Positions 18,488 to 27,332 of a stretch of DNA of 64,000 nt are shown in pieces (position 1 is the stretch's first letter; each line of letters begins with the position of its first letter). This DNA comes from a virus: the IMG/VR virus record IMGVR_UViG_2875473743_000002, positions 12,292 through 76,291 of that record; one strand, 5' to 3'. The notes below the pieces were generated by a model that saw only the letters and a program-made list of their open reading frames with translations, had not been told where the DNA came from and did no database searches. A program made the position numbers and the translations under genes.

Positions 18488-19357
18488 ATGACTAAAACTA
18501 ACGAAAAAATCCACGTACTGGCTGACGAATCACTTGGCGGAATCAAACGCGAATATGTAGAGGTCGACAGGAATGCAGACGTAGGGGATCGCGTCATTGC
18601 AGACGGAACTTACCGGGAAGTCGTCGCTATCTCTTCGAGGTGTGGCGTTTGTTTAGACGGAGACGAAAGCATAGGAATTCCCCATTCTTATCGCGTCCTC
18701 GAACCGACCAACATCGTCCACATTGACGGCCCTGACGGTACGGAGCGCTACGAAATGGTCGACCGCAAGGCGGAAGTAGGCGAGAAGATTGTCGTTGTAG
18801 ATGACGAGGATTCTTCGGAGGAGTTCGGAAATTTTCGAATTGGTGAAGTAGGTACGGTTGAAAGCTACGCAACGGATGACACTTACTTCGGTGAATACGT
18901 TAATGTGCGAGTGTCGGACGAAAGGGGTATTCCACTATATTTACATGAGTATCGCGTCCTCGTCCCGGTCGAATCCTCCGAAGAAGAACCGCAGCCATCC
19001 GACCCGATCGACGTTATCGCTAACCTAGCGACGCGTGTTGCGGAATTGGAGCGCGAGAATAAGCGCATCAAAGACGAAATCGACACGCTACACAAAGACA
19101 ACCGGAGGCACGGCGAAGAGATAGCGCAGTTAGAAAAAGGCGTACACGCGCAATCACAGCGCCATCTATATCGCCAACAAGAAATTGAGCGCGTCTGGGA
19201 ACGTATGGATCGCATAGAGTCGGAAACGGAGTCGCTGAAATATGCCGCAAAGGAAACGGACGGAAAGGTGGCGAACCTCGAATCCGACTCAGATACGCGC
19301 TTGTTCACTGCCGAAGAGGTTGCCGCACTTCTTAACGCAATGAGGGAACGCCGATGA
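18488..19357 (+). CDS. Hypothetical protein, two internal repeats plus coiled coil
   Basis: VDRNADVGDR...YRVLEP / VDRKAEVGEK...YRVLVP. Confidence 0.7.
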   Translation: MTKTNEKIHVLADESLGGIKREYVEVDRNADVGDRVIADGTYREVVAISSRCGVCLDGDESIGIPHSYRVLEPTNIVHIDGPDGTERYEMVDRKAEVGEKIVVVDDEDSSEEFGNFRIGEVGTVESYATDDTYFGEYVNVRVSDERGIPLYLHEYRVLVPVESSEEEPQPSDPIDVIANLATRVAELERENKRIKDEIDTLHKDNRRHGEEIAQLEKGVHAQSQRHLYRQQEIERVWERMDRIESETESLKYAAKETDGKVANLESDSDTRLFTAEEVAALLNAMRERR

Positions 19358-19917
19358 AGTCGCCTATCAAGATCGCGCTAACTGGTCGCCTAGCTTCCGG
19401 AAAAGATATCGCAGTAAATTACATCGTCACTATGTTCGACTTTCAGCCGTATAGGTTCTCTGCAAAAGGTAAGTCGTTCTTTTACGAACTGTTTCCCGAA
19501 TTGAAAGACGAAAGTAAACCACGCCAGCCAATGAGAGATTTTATCGACGGCATCACGACTCTTCCGGTTCCGGGAGCCGAGTCTGTTTGGGTTGACTACA
19601 CATTTCGCCAGATTGACGACCATATTAAACGTCAATGTTGCCAACAAGCAAAGGTATTAATTACTGACGTTAGAAAGCCGATCGAATACGCCCGTGTACG
19701 GAAAGAAGGATTTACGACCATCCGAATTACTGCGCCGGAAGACATTCGTATCGAGCGCGCAAAGAAGCGTGGCGATGAATTCGACCTCGCCGACTTGGAG
19801 CATCCGACTGAGCTTGCCGTTGATCATTTCGAAGTTGATTACGAAATTGAGAACGCAGGCAAGCCGGAAGAGTTATACGAGAAGCTGGACGCGATTATGG
19901 CGGAGCTACTCGTCTAA
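19354..19917 (+). CDS. P-loop deoxynucleoside-monophosphate kinase-like protein
   Basis: IALTGRLASGKD, ITDVR, RIERAKKRGD. Confidence 0.7.
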   Translation: MKSPIKIALTGRLASGKDIAVNYIVTMFDFQPYRFSAKGKSFFYELFPELKDESKPRQPMRDFIDGITTLPVPGAESVWVDYTFRQIDDHIKRQCCQQAKVLITDVRKPIEYARVRKEGFTTIRITAPEDIRIERAKKRGDEFDLADLEHPTELAVDHFEVDYEIENAGKPEELYEKLDAIMAELLV

Positions 19918-20292
19918 CTGAAACGCGAATGTGTGCTTCGGATAGGCCAGATACGGCTGTTTTGACGCCTCGCCATCGCCGATCAAATAATAGCGTTGCG
20001 GAAGCTTATCGATATTAATGCCGATCTTACGCAAGAACGGCCATGCCGAAACATTACCGCGTTTATCGAACTTAAACGGTTTGGCGTCCGGCTGATTCAC
20101 TAATTCGGGTTTGCCCACAACAATGCGCTTTTCAGCCGCGTCATATGCGACGGATAAATAAAACGGTCCGTCCATAGGCAGTCCGATGACGCGCCGCGCA
20201 CCGGCCGAAATAAATAAACGTCGTTGCTTTTCGATTGTTATATACGCTTTGGTGTTGCGCTCAAAGTCGTTAGATATCCACGTAAGAGTCAT
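19906..20292 (-). CDS. Hypothetical protein
   Basis: ORF with SD AAGGAG. Confidence 0.65.
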   Translation of the reverse strand: MTLTWISNDFERNTKAYITIEKQRRLFISAGARRVIGLPMDGPFYLSVAYDAAEKRIVVGKPELVNQPDAKPFKFDKRGNVSAWPFLRKIGINIDKLPQRYYLIGDGEASKQPYLAYPKHTFAFQLDE

Positions 20293-20406
20293 ATCGAGTC
20301 TCCTTACGAAAGTATTTACGTTAAGTATAGACGGATTAGTTACCGATAGTCAACAGTAGTGTGCGGATTGTTAACGAAGTTATTAACGAAAGAGGAGGCG
20401 GTTGTT

Positions 20407-20796
20407 ATCGGAACAGTCAAAATCGATCTACACCGAAAGGATCGCGAATTTGAGGCGGCGTATGCGCTAGACAATGCGGAGGGTGTCAAAACGCTGCTCT
20501 CCGATTATCCGAAGTTCGTCAGCCGCAAACGACTCGGAGAATACGAAGCTGCCGAAGTGCTTCTCGATCTGCACAACGCGATCGAGCTTGCGAAACTGAC
20601 CGACAGACAGCGCGAAGCCATCCGGCTCGTATATTTCGAAGATCTGACGCAAGTGGAGGCGGGAAAACGGATGGGAGTTGGCAAGGATTCGATTAATCAT
20701 CTGATAAATCGTGCAGCCGATTCAATTGCGGATATTTACTACTATTGGGCGGGACATGGCGAAGGATACTCGACGGGAGGACGAATTAATGGATAA
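20407..20796 (+). CDS. Sigma-70 region 4 HTH protein
   Basis: LTDRQREAIRLVYFEDLTQVEAGKRMG; start inferred at ATC after GAGGAGG. Confidence 0.75.
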   Translation: MGTVKIDLHRKDREFEAAYALDNAEGVKTLLSDYPKFVSRKRLGEYEAAEVLLDLHNAIELAKLTDRQREAIRLVYFEDLTQVEAGKRMGVGKDSINHLINRAADSIADIYYYWAGHGEGYSTGGRING

Positions 20797-21277
20797 GGCG
20801 CTACTACACGAAATGATTACCGAATTACAGAAGCGAACGAAGGCTGGAGAATTGGATCGTATTGAACGTATTAAGGAAATTAACGCACTTGTGGAAGCAT
20901 ACCACGATTCAGTCGGTAAATCTCCGGACTCCACGGAACTTGAACATATGGCAAATCTTATTATCTACGAAGAGCTAACGAATCCCCATCCGGATAAAAT
21001 GACCCGCGAAGAGTACCCGATCATGAGCGAGACACAGCGAGAGGAGCGTATTAAGTCTGAAGCTTCCGAAAAGCTCGCAGAAGAGTACGGGGCAGATGGT
21101 CGAAATTATAAAGTTCCGACGCGAAGAAAACGCTCTTCATACGAGGAAAAGTTCGTTGATAGGGTGGCTAGGGCTCGGAATAAAGAACGAAGAAACCGCT
21201 ATAACGATTTCGTAAAAGGAAAATCCGAAGGACAATTTACGGTCAATATCGCAACGGGCGAAAAATTCATTCATTAG
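20789..21277 (+). CDS. Hypothetical protein
   Basis: SD GGAGG before ATG 20789. Confidence 0.7.
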   Translation: MDKALLHEMITELQKRTKAGELDRIERIKEINALVEAYHDSVGKSPDSTELEHMANLIIYEELTNPHPDKMTREEYPIMSETQREERIKSEASEKLAEEYGADGRNYKVPTRRKRSSYEEKFVDRVARARNKERRNRYNDFVKGKSEGQFTVNIATGEKFIH

Positions 21278-21365
21278 TTGTTCCGTTTTAATCCGTTTTG
21301 CTGGCTATACGTTATGAGGGCGCCAAATCCGCGCTCTTTTATTTTGCTAAAAAGGGGACGATATT

Positions 21366-22166
21366 TTGAAAAGATTACGAGTAGTAAACGCAGAGACAGG
21401 CGAGGACCTATCAACAGACTATACGCTCAGACACCGGAACCAGGACGAAGCTTTCCGGGAACAGCAGAAACAGACAACGGACAGACGCGACTTTTCCAAC
21501 GCCAATATGTCTTATATTCACGAAGTCTATGACGCTCTCACAACGGCACAATGCGGGTATTTGATGTTGCTACAATGCTACGTCGACTATAACGGTGTTC
21601 TCGTTAAATCTAGCCGCGATAAAACTCCGATGAAGACAGCGGATATGATGTCCGTTCTACAGCTCACGAAAAAGCGTATGACATTCTACGATTTTCTGAA
21701 CGCGTGTATTCAGCACGATATTATCCGGGAAGAAGGCGGCATATACTCGGTGAACGAGCGCTACCACTTCAAAGGTAACTTCGGTAGTCAGTACGTTGTC
21801 AAACTCTATACTGCGAAAATTAAGAAGGTATACAGCGAAGTGAAGGCGGCAGACATCGGCCTGATCTATCGGATGCTACCGTTTGTACACTACGAAACTA
21901 ATGCGCTTTGCGAAAATCCTTTCGAGAAGAATCCGAAGCATATACGGTGGTTCAATAAGAAAGAGCTTGCGGTAGCGATCGGAGTAACGCCAGATACGCT
22001 TGGCCGCCGACTGAAGCAGATGAAATTCGACGGAGAGTTCGTTGTCGCGCGAATAAAGGTCGGCAGCGAACCGGAACGATATACGTTTAATCCTAACGTG
22101 TTTTATCGTCAGTCAAAGGCGCCGGATAAGACGCTACTTGCGATGTTTAACGTTAATAAGCCGTAG
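21366..22166 (+). CDS. Replication-initiator-like (RepL/wHTH) protein
   Basis: Two wHTH-like segments, each ending in a Y/F-x-x-N motif (YSVNERY, YTFNPNVF). Confidence 0.5.
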   Translation: MKRLRVVNAETGEDLSTDYTLRHRNQDEAFREQQKQTTDRRDFSNANMSYIHEVYDALTTAQCGYLMLLQCYVDYNGVLVKSSRDKTPMKTADMMSVLQLTKKRMTFYDFLNACIQHDIIREEGGIYSVNERYHFKGNFGSQYVVKLYTAKIKKVYSEVKAADIGLIYRMLPFVHYETNALCENPFEKNPKHIRWFNKKELAVAIGVTPDTLGRRLKQMKFDGEFVVARIKVGSEPERYTFNPNVFYRQSKAPDKTLLAMFNVNKP

Positions 22167-22199
22167 ATGAACGAAAAAAAGCGCCTTAGACTGGCGCCT

Positions 22200-22532
22200 C
22201 TATCTCGTCTTAAATCCGTTCACAAAGCTCTCTCCGTCTTTCTCCGTGTTAATAAGCTGCTGGGCGCTTTGGCTGATTCGTTGAGCAAGCGCCTCTTGCG
22301 CTTTTCCTTCGAAGCTGTAGAGAAGCGATGAATAAACGCTGTTCATTTCTTTTTGTATATCGCCTATTTTAAACTTCGGTCTTAGTGTCGTTTTAATGCC
22401 TTCAAGCTTAGTTGCGGCCGTTACTCTCATGCCCGTTTTCAGCATTTGAAGCTGGTTGCGCCGTATGAAGAGGGTATCTTCTTGATCTCCGTTTAAGTTG
22501 TTGAGTGAAGCCAGTTTGTTGAAATTTTCCAT
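22200..22532 (-). CDS. WXG100-like small helical protein (type VII secretion partner)
   Basis: 110 aa, helical, central FEG-AQEA motif; directly downstream of the lipase. Confidence 0.6.
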   Translation of the reverse strand: MENFNKLASLNNLNGDQEDTLFIRRNQLQMLKTGMRVTAATKLEGIKTTLRPKFKIGDIQKEMNSVYSSLLYSFEGKAQEALAQRISQSAQQLINTEKDGESFVNGFKTR

Positions 22533-22543
22533 TGTTTCATCTC

Positions 22544-23983
22544 CTAAAGTTTAAGCCAATTTGCCAGCATTTTATCTTTCGATTTAAAATCTTTTGCAAT
22601 CTGCGCCAGGTACCCGCTGATGTCTTCTAAATCTGAAATCGTATTTTTTAATGAGGCGATGTACGCTTTTTCGGCATGAACATCGTAAAATAGCGGATTG
22701 CCTTTTTTGTCAAACGACTGCGCCAGGTTTTTCAGCGTATTGTTTACATCCTCGAGTGTCAGCTTGTCGTATAAACCGTGGCCGACCTGACGGTAGGTAT
22801 CGTGCTTCAGGTCGTTGATCTCGGCGTCGTGTTCCTGATAAGCGTTTTCGGCTTCCCGTTTCATCGTCCGCAAGTCATCGATGATCGCATTTACTTTTTG
22901 CGCGAGCTGCTTGGCAACTTCGGGTGTTACTTTAATTGCGCCACTTCCGGAGGCAACTTCCGGTGGGAGCATCGCTTTTAAATTTTTGTCATAAACGAGT
23001 TCATCGCCCTCTATATTTTGAACGTTGCCGTTTTCGTCGAAAGAGAAATTCGACTTATTTATCCCATGTGTATCCGGATTTTGAAAGATTAGTGTATTAG
23101 CGAAATACAGAAGGTTTCTTCCAACCTGTTGGAGTTTATTGCCGTCAAGTCTTTCTTCGCGATTAGCCGTTGCAATAGAAGGGTCTTTTGTGTAGATGGT
23201 AGTCCCATTGTGGCGATCGAATTCGTCCCACCAACCGGCACCGACCATATCATCCGGATTAATGATAGATTTTACATAAGAGTTATAATCTCCGTTATTA
23301 ATTTCTTTCTGTTTTTCATCAGAATGCAGGTGAACGATTGAGGGGCTATTAAACGCGACGGCATAGATATCATTGTTGACCGCGCTGTATTCAGCCTCTG
23401 CGCCGCCGAGCGAGTGTCCGGTGGTTGAAATAACTGTCGAGGTGCCTTTATACTTTTGTTTAACTTCCCGCACAAGTTGATCGGCTTGATCGATTTGCGA
23501 TGTTTTTGTAATTAATTTATAATCTCCGGACTCAAGCATGGCAGTTTGTTCCATCGAACCAATATATCTACCGAACGTCTTAGACATATCTTTCGCATCT
23601 TTCTTGACGACATATTGTGTTTTATCTTTCGGATCGTTTCCTAAGACGATATGATTAATGTCTGCTTGCTCTACGTCACTTAACGGGTCCTTCCCCGGAT
23701 CAGTTCCCGCAAAAGCTACAACGACGTTTTTGGGGTGGTCGGATTTCACCCACTTGCCGTTTTTATTTTCGGCCTGGGATAGAACGGCCGCATCTAACCC
23801 GGTGTCTTCGTCTGTTTTAATTTTATCAACATACCAGTAGGTGGCTCCGGAAACAGATGAATTTATCCGTATGTACTCTTTGTTTTTTAATTTTTTTCTG
23901 AGATAATCGTAGTTGTAAGAACGTTGGCTTATACGATAATAAGTCTCATCCGTAAGATTGGACTTCTTAATCTTCTTACTCAA
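22544..23983 (-). CDS. Lipase (class 3-like) toxin with C-terminal helical T7SS-type domain
   Basis: VVVAFAGTD, TGHSLGG, AFNSP, DDMVG; C-terminal IKVTPEVAKQLAQKV helical region; start TTG 23983 after GAAGGTG. Confidence 0.8.
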   Translation of the reverse strand: MSKKIKKSNLTDETYYRISQRSYNYDYLRKKLKNKEYIRINSSVSGATYWYVDKIKTDEDTGLDAAVLSQAENKNGKWVKSDHPKNVVVAFAGTDPGKDPLSDVEQADINHIVLGNDPKDKTQYVVKKDAKDMSKTFGRYIGSMEQTAMLESGDYKLITKTSQIDQADQLVREVKQKYKGTSTVISTTGHSLGGAEAEYSAVNNDIYAVAFNSPSIVHLHSDEKQKEINNGDYNSYVKSIINPDDMVGAGWWDEFDRHNGTTIYTKDPSIATANREERLDGNKLQQVGRNLLYFANTLIFQNPDTHGINKSNFSFDENGNVQNIEGDELVYDKNLKAMLPPEVASGSGAIKVTPEVAKQLAQKVNAIIDDLRTMKREAENAYQEHDAEINDLKHDTYRQVGHGLYDKLTLEDVNNTLKNLAQSFDKKGNPLFYDVHAEKAYIASLKNTISDLEDISGYLAQIAKDFKSKDKMLANWLKL

Positions 23984-24040
23984 GATATACAACACCTTCC
24001 GTGTAATGTAAAATAATAATAGGAAAGGAATGAATTTCAT

Positions 24041-24355
24041 TTGAAAAAATACATTATTATCCTACTATTGTTAATTATAGCAGGTGGAGGGTTGTTTATG
24101 AAGCATCAGTATGATGTGAAAAAAGAAGAAACTGTTCTTTTTGAGAAGGCGAAAACTAAGATGACTGAATATCTACATAATGAGTACAAAGGTATTGATA
24201 CTATTACTTATTATGATGATTACTTTATTGATCCAACCGGTGCTATCACCGTTGAAGGATATTTGAACGGTGATAAATCTAAAGAGTTCGACGGTTTATA
24301 TGATCCGGCGAGTGATAAGATAGGAAGCTCGTCTGTAGATGCAGAAGAAAAATAG
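24041..24355 (+). CDS. DUF1433-like membrane-anchored protein (candidate immunity)
   Basis: N-terminal signal/anchor; AKTKMTEYL, IDPTGAITVEGYLNGD pattern. Confidence 0.6.
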   Translation: MKKYIIILLLLIIAGGGLFMKHQYDVKKEETVLFEKAKTKMTEYLHNEYKGIDTITYYDDYFIDPTGAITVEGYLNGDKSKEFDGLYDPASDKIGSSSVDAEEK

Positions 24356-24386
24356 CCCACTCAATCGAGTCGGGCCTTTTTCGTAT

Positions 24387-24560
24387 TTATATACTCTTTT
24401 TCATACCGCAACGTCGACACTCACGTAGGAAAACGCCATCCTTCACCGAACTTTTAAACAGCGTATAGTCGCAGTTATCGCAGCGCCCGTAATGGACGTC
24501 TGGGTACTCTTTATAATCGTATACAATCGTCGTATCATATCCTTTTGTTTCGTAATCCAT
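24387..24560 (-). CDS. Small zinc-ribbon protein (57 aa)
   Basis: CDNC...CRRC; SD GGAGG before ATG 24560. Confidence 0.7.
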   Translation of the reverse strand: MDYETKGYDTTIVYDYKEYPDVHYGRCDNCDYTLFKSSVKDGVFLRECRRCGMKKSI

Positions 24561-24606
24561 TCGTCTCAACCTCCGACTATTAGGATACGACAATAGTACG
24601 GTCAAT

Positions 24607-25416
24607 TCAACGCCATTCATGAAACGAAGGAATCCGCAACAAACCGTTTTTCGTCTTGAACCGGTGCTTGACGCGGCACCCAATTGGCTCGATGTAGGCG
24701 TATTTCTCCGTTTCTTCTACGATTAGCCGCTCCGCATGAAACTTCCGCCGCGCATCATACGGCATAAACTCCATAATGCCGGCATACTGGCCGTCCAGGT
24801 ACGAAAGAAGCAGCGCATTGTCTTCCTTGCGGAGTCCTGATATCAGAACGTCAGTATATTCGTAGTTAACGATCTTCAGCCAGCGATCTGACCGCTTATT
24901 TTCCGCATACGGAGCGTTTGCCTGCTTCATAACGATGCCCTCGATCTTATTTTCGCGGACTAATTCGAAATAATCCGTAGCATGGCCGCGCACGCCCTCG
25001 ACTATTTTAACGTTAGGATGATCGAGTTTTAGACCGGCCAGCAATTCTTTTCGTTCACTTAGCGGCTTAGACGTAACTGAAACGCCATTTGTTCGCAGGA
25101 CATCAAAAACGCAAAATACTATCGGATGAAAATTCTTGCGCGACTGGAATCGTTCCATGGTGGCCTCAAAATCGCCGGCTCCTGTCGGACCAGGTACGAT
25201 AAGCTCGCCGTCTAGTATGGTGCCGTCCGGTATGTCGAGCGTTAATAGTTCCGGAAATTTAGCGGTGACTTCGTTGTTGTGGCGTGTGTAGAGGCGGATT
25301 AAACCGTTATTCCTGGACGCGATCAGACGGATGCCGTCGAATTTGGTTTCCGTGATATAGTCGTCCGAGTTAAACGGCTCCTTTGCGGATTCAAGCAGCA
25401 TGGGCGAAATAAACAA
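24607..25416 (-). CDS. ATP-dependent DNA ligase (SPbeta LigB-like)
   Basis: ETKFDG, ILDGEL, VFDVL, EGIVMK, WLK motifs. Confidence 0.9.
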   Translation of the reverse strand: MFISPMLLESAKEPFNSDDYITETKFDGIRLIASRNNGLIRLYTRHNNEVTAKFPELLTLDIPDGTILDGELIVPGPTGAGDFEATMERFQSRKNFHPIVFCVFDVLRTNGVSVTSKPLSERKELLAGLKLDHPNVKIVEGVRGHATDYFELVRENKIEGIVMKQANAPYAENKRSDRWLKIVNYEYTDVLISGLRKEDNALLLSYLDGQYAGIMEFMPYDARRKFHAERLIVEETEKYAYIEPIGCRVKHRFKTKNGLLRIPSFHEWR

Positions 25417-25511
25417 AAAGAATCACCTCGTTTCAGCGTAGTTACTATAATGATATAGTAAGAGGCCGCCGAGACAAAGTGATCCGGTTCCGGTAAATTA
25501 TTCCTTTAGCT

Positions 25512-25928
25512 CTATTTTATATCATAGAATAGCTCTTCCATTATAATGTTAAATAGCTGAGCAGACTGAATGTTCTCTTTGTCTTGTTGGCTACTTCGTA
25601 CAACCCAGATACTGTCGCTTCCTTTTACTTCAATTTTTACGTATGTATCATCAGGTTGATCTAATCTATTTGCGATAATCTTACTACCTTCGTATTTTAT
25701 ACTTGCTGTTTTTCCATCTAGTATTAATGATATCTCGTTTTCATCTGTTTCAGGGTCAAAACAGACTTTGCTTTCAGATACTTTAGAAATTAAAGCCCTT
25801 TCCATCATCTCTTGGAAGTTAAGCAAATGTCTTTTTATTATTATGAAAACCTTGAATGTGTTAATCTCTATTTGATATTTATTTCGTAAACTTTCAAGCA
25901 GTTGTTTCGACTTTTCGTTGTTTGCCAT
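25512..25928 (-). CDS. Hypothetical protein (AT-rich accessory gene)
   Basis: SD AAGGAGTG; own extended -10 promoter. Confidence 0.7.
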   Translation of the reverse strand: MANNEKSKQLLESLRNKYQIEINTFKVFIIIKRHLLNFQEMMERALISKVSESKVCFDPETDENEISLILDGKTASIKYEGSKIIANRLDQPDDTYVKIEVKGSDSIWVVRSSQQDKENIQSAQLFNIIMEELFYDIK

Positions 25929-26186
25929 TATTAATCACTCCTTTTATATTTTTTGGATTTTCCGAGTTTGAAAAACTGGATTATGTGTCTGACATGGTAC
26001 TCTCTCCTCTCGCAGTCGAATTCCTCATGTGTCCTACTCGTAGTATAGTTATATTATAGCATAATTGCCTTGTTAATCCTTTTTTGTAAACGAAAATTTT
26101 ACCACGGAATTAAAGCGTATGAGCCGCCGGAAAGTATTGCGGGTATATTAGGGTATCGGCGGCCGCTTAACGCCTGATTTCGTGTG

Positions 26187-26507
26187 TTATTCGATAACCT
26201 TAATCGCTTTAAATCTGCTGCCATTTTCGTACTGATCCTTCGTAAAAATCACGCTAATCCGATCGCCTGGCTTTGCGTCCGTGGCTGCCGGATCGAAAGA
26301 GAAGCCGCCGTCGTCCGCTGAAACCGCGTAGTCTTTACCTTCGACAATTTCCTGGGCGTCCTTGGCTTCCGCTGCCATGTCGTCAGCCACGCGATAAGCA
26401 ATATCGACATCTTCGTTTAGTTTGGCGGCGTAGATTCCGAGAGCCGCGTTGCCTGCGATTGATAGGCCGAGGATGGCCGTTAAGAGTTTCGTTTTATTCA
26501 TCGTCAT
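26187..26507 (-). CDS. Hypothetical exported protein
   Basis: N-terminal signal/anchor; SD GGAGGT. Confidence 0.7.
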   Translation of the reverse strand: MTMNKTKLLTAILGLSIAGNAALGIYAAKLNEDVDIAYRVADDMAAEAKDAQEIVEGKDYAVSADDGGFSFDPAATDAKPGDRISVIFTKDQYENGSRFKAIKVIE

Positions 26508-26618
26508 TACCTCCGTATCTGTTTGCGATTAAATAGCCGAGATTGAAGCCGATCTGATACGCTTTGCCGGCGTCAGGGCGTTGATATAGATCGAGAAGTT
26601 GATCGGCCTGCTGCGGTT

Positions 26619-26792
26619 TCAGCGGCGGTGTGACCGATTCCCCCTCGATCTAAAGAATAGAAGCGCGATAAAAACGACAGCCGAGCCGAGACCGACGTAG
26701 TCCAGGACGGAAAGCCGGCCGAAGTTCGTATCCGCAATCCAGGCGAGCAAGACGACGATTAACAAAATTTCCGTGGTATCAATTCGTTCCAT
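26619..26792 (-). CDS. Small two-helix membrane protein (57 aa), YoyJ-like position
   Basis: Manual translation MERIDTTEILLIVVLLAWIAD...FIALLFFRSRGNRSHRR. Confidence 0.6.
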   Translation of the reverse strand: MERIDTTEILLIVVLLAWIADTNFGRLSVLDYVGLGSAVVFIALLFFRSRGNRSHRR

Positions 26793-26810
26793 TCGTGTTA
26801 TAATTGATTG

Positions 26811-26890
26811 ACAAGGGGCGAAATGCCCCTCGGTGTTTATTGTCGGCGACGGTGCTTCTTGGTCGGAGGCCGTCGCTCCTTACTTTCGGC
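26811..26890 (+). ncRNA. Candidate antisense antitoxin RNA (SR6-like); ends approximate
   Basis: Extended -10 TGtTATAAT (26796-26804); hairpins 26814-26830 and 26846-26876; complementary to 3' end of the toxin ORF. Confidence 0.5.
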
Positions 26891-26995
26891 TTTGGACTGA
26901 TCGTCCTTTCGCATCTTCCGGATTTCTAAGACGATTTTTAGAATTCCGAGCCAAGTTGCGACGATTGCCGAAAGTTTCATCACGGTGTCAATCAA
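26837..26995 (-). CDS. YonT-like type I toxin peptide (52 aa)
   Basis: MIDTVMKLSAIVATWLGILKIVLEIRKMRK...KKHRRRQ; SD AAGGAGGTG; promoter TTGACA(27051-27046)-17-TATATT. Confidence 0.65.
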   Translation of the reverse strand: MIDTVMKLSAIVATWLGILKIVLEIRKMRKDDQSKAESKERRPPTKKHRRRQ

Positions 26996-27113
26996 TTACG
27001 TTCACCTCCTTTCGTTACCTTAAATATACGATATCGCATAACGCATGTCAATTGGATTTGCGGAAATTTATTCGTTATCGTATAATCGAATTATCAAAAC
27101 GAGGTGAGTACGG

Positions 27114-27332
27114 ATGAAAATAACGGTAAGACCGCGACTGTCGGAGGTAATGAACGCGAAAGGGTGGAAGCAGATTCCGTTGTCTGAAGCGTCAGGAGTT
27201 CCGCAAGGCAGCATAAGCCGGTTCGATAAAAACGAAAGGCATCTCGATTGGCACGTATTTGCCCTTGCGCGAACACTCGGCGTGGGTGTCGAGGAGCTAT
27301 TCGAGGTGAAGATCGAAGACGCTGACGAATGA
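27114..27332 (+). CDS. XRE-family HTH regulator
   Basis: RLSEVM...LSEASGVPQGSISRF; divergent from the toxin gene. Confidence 0.85.
   Translation: MKITVRPRLSEVMNAKGWKQIPLSEASGVPQGSISRFDKNERHLDWHVFALARTLGVGVEELFEVKIEDADE

Noticed and set aside
26474-26634. Extra minus-strand ORF (VTPPLKPQQAD...GGNDDE) after GAGGGGG
   Set aside because: Only a GTC codon is at SD distance and a stop lies just upstream; may be a remnant, not supportable as a gene
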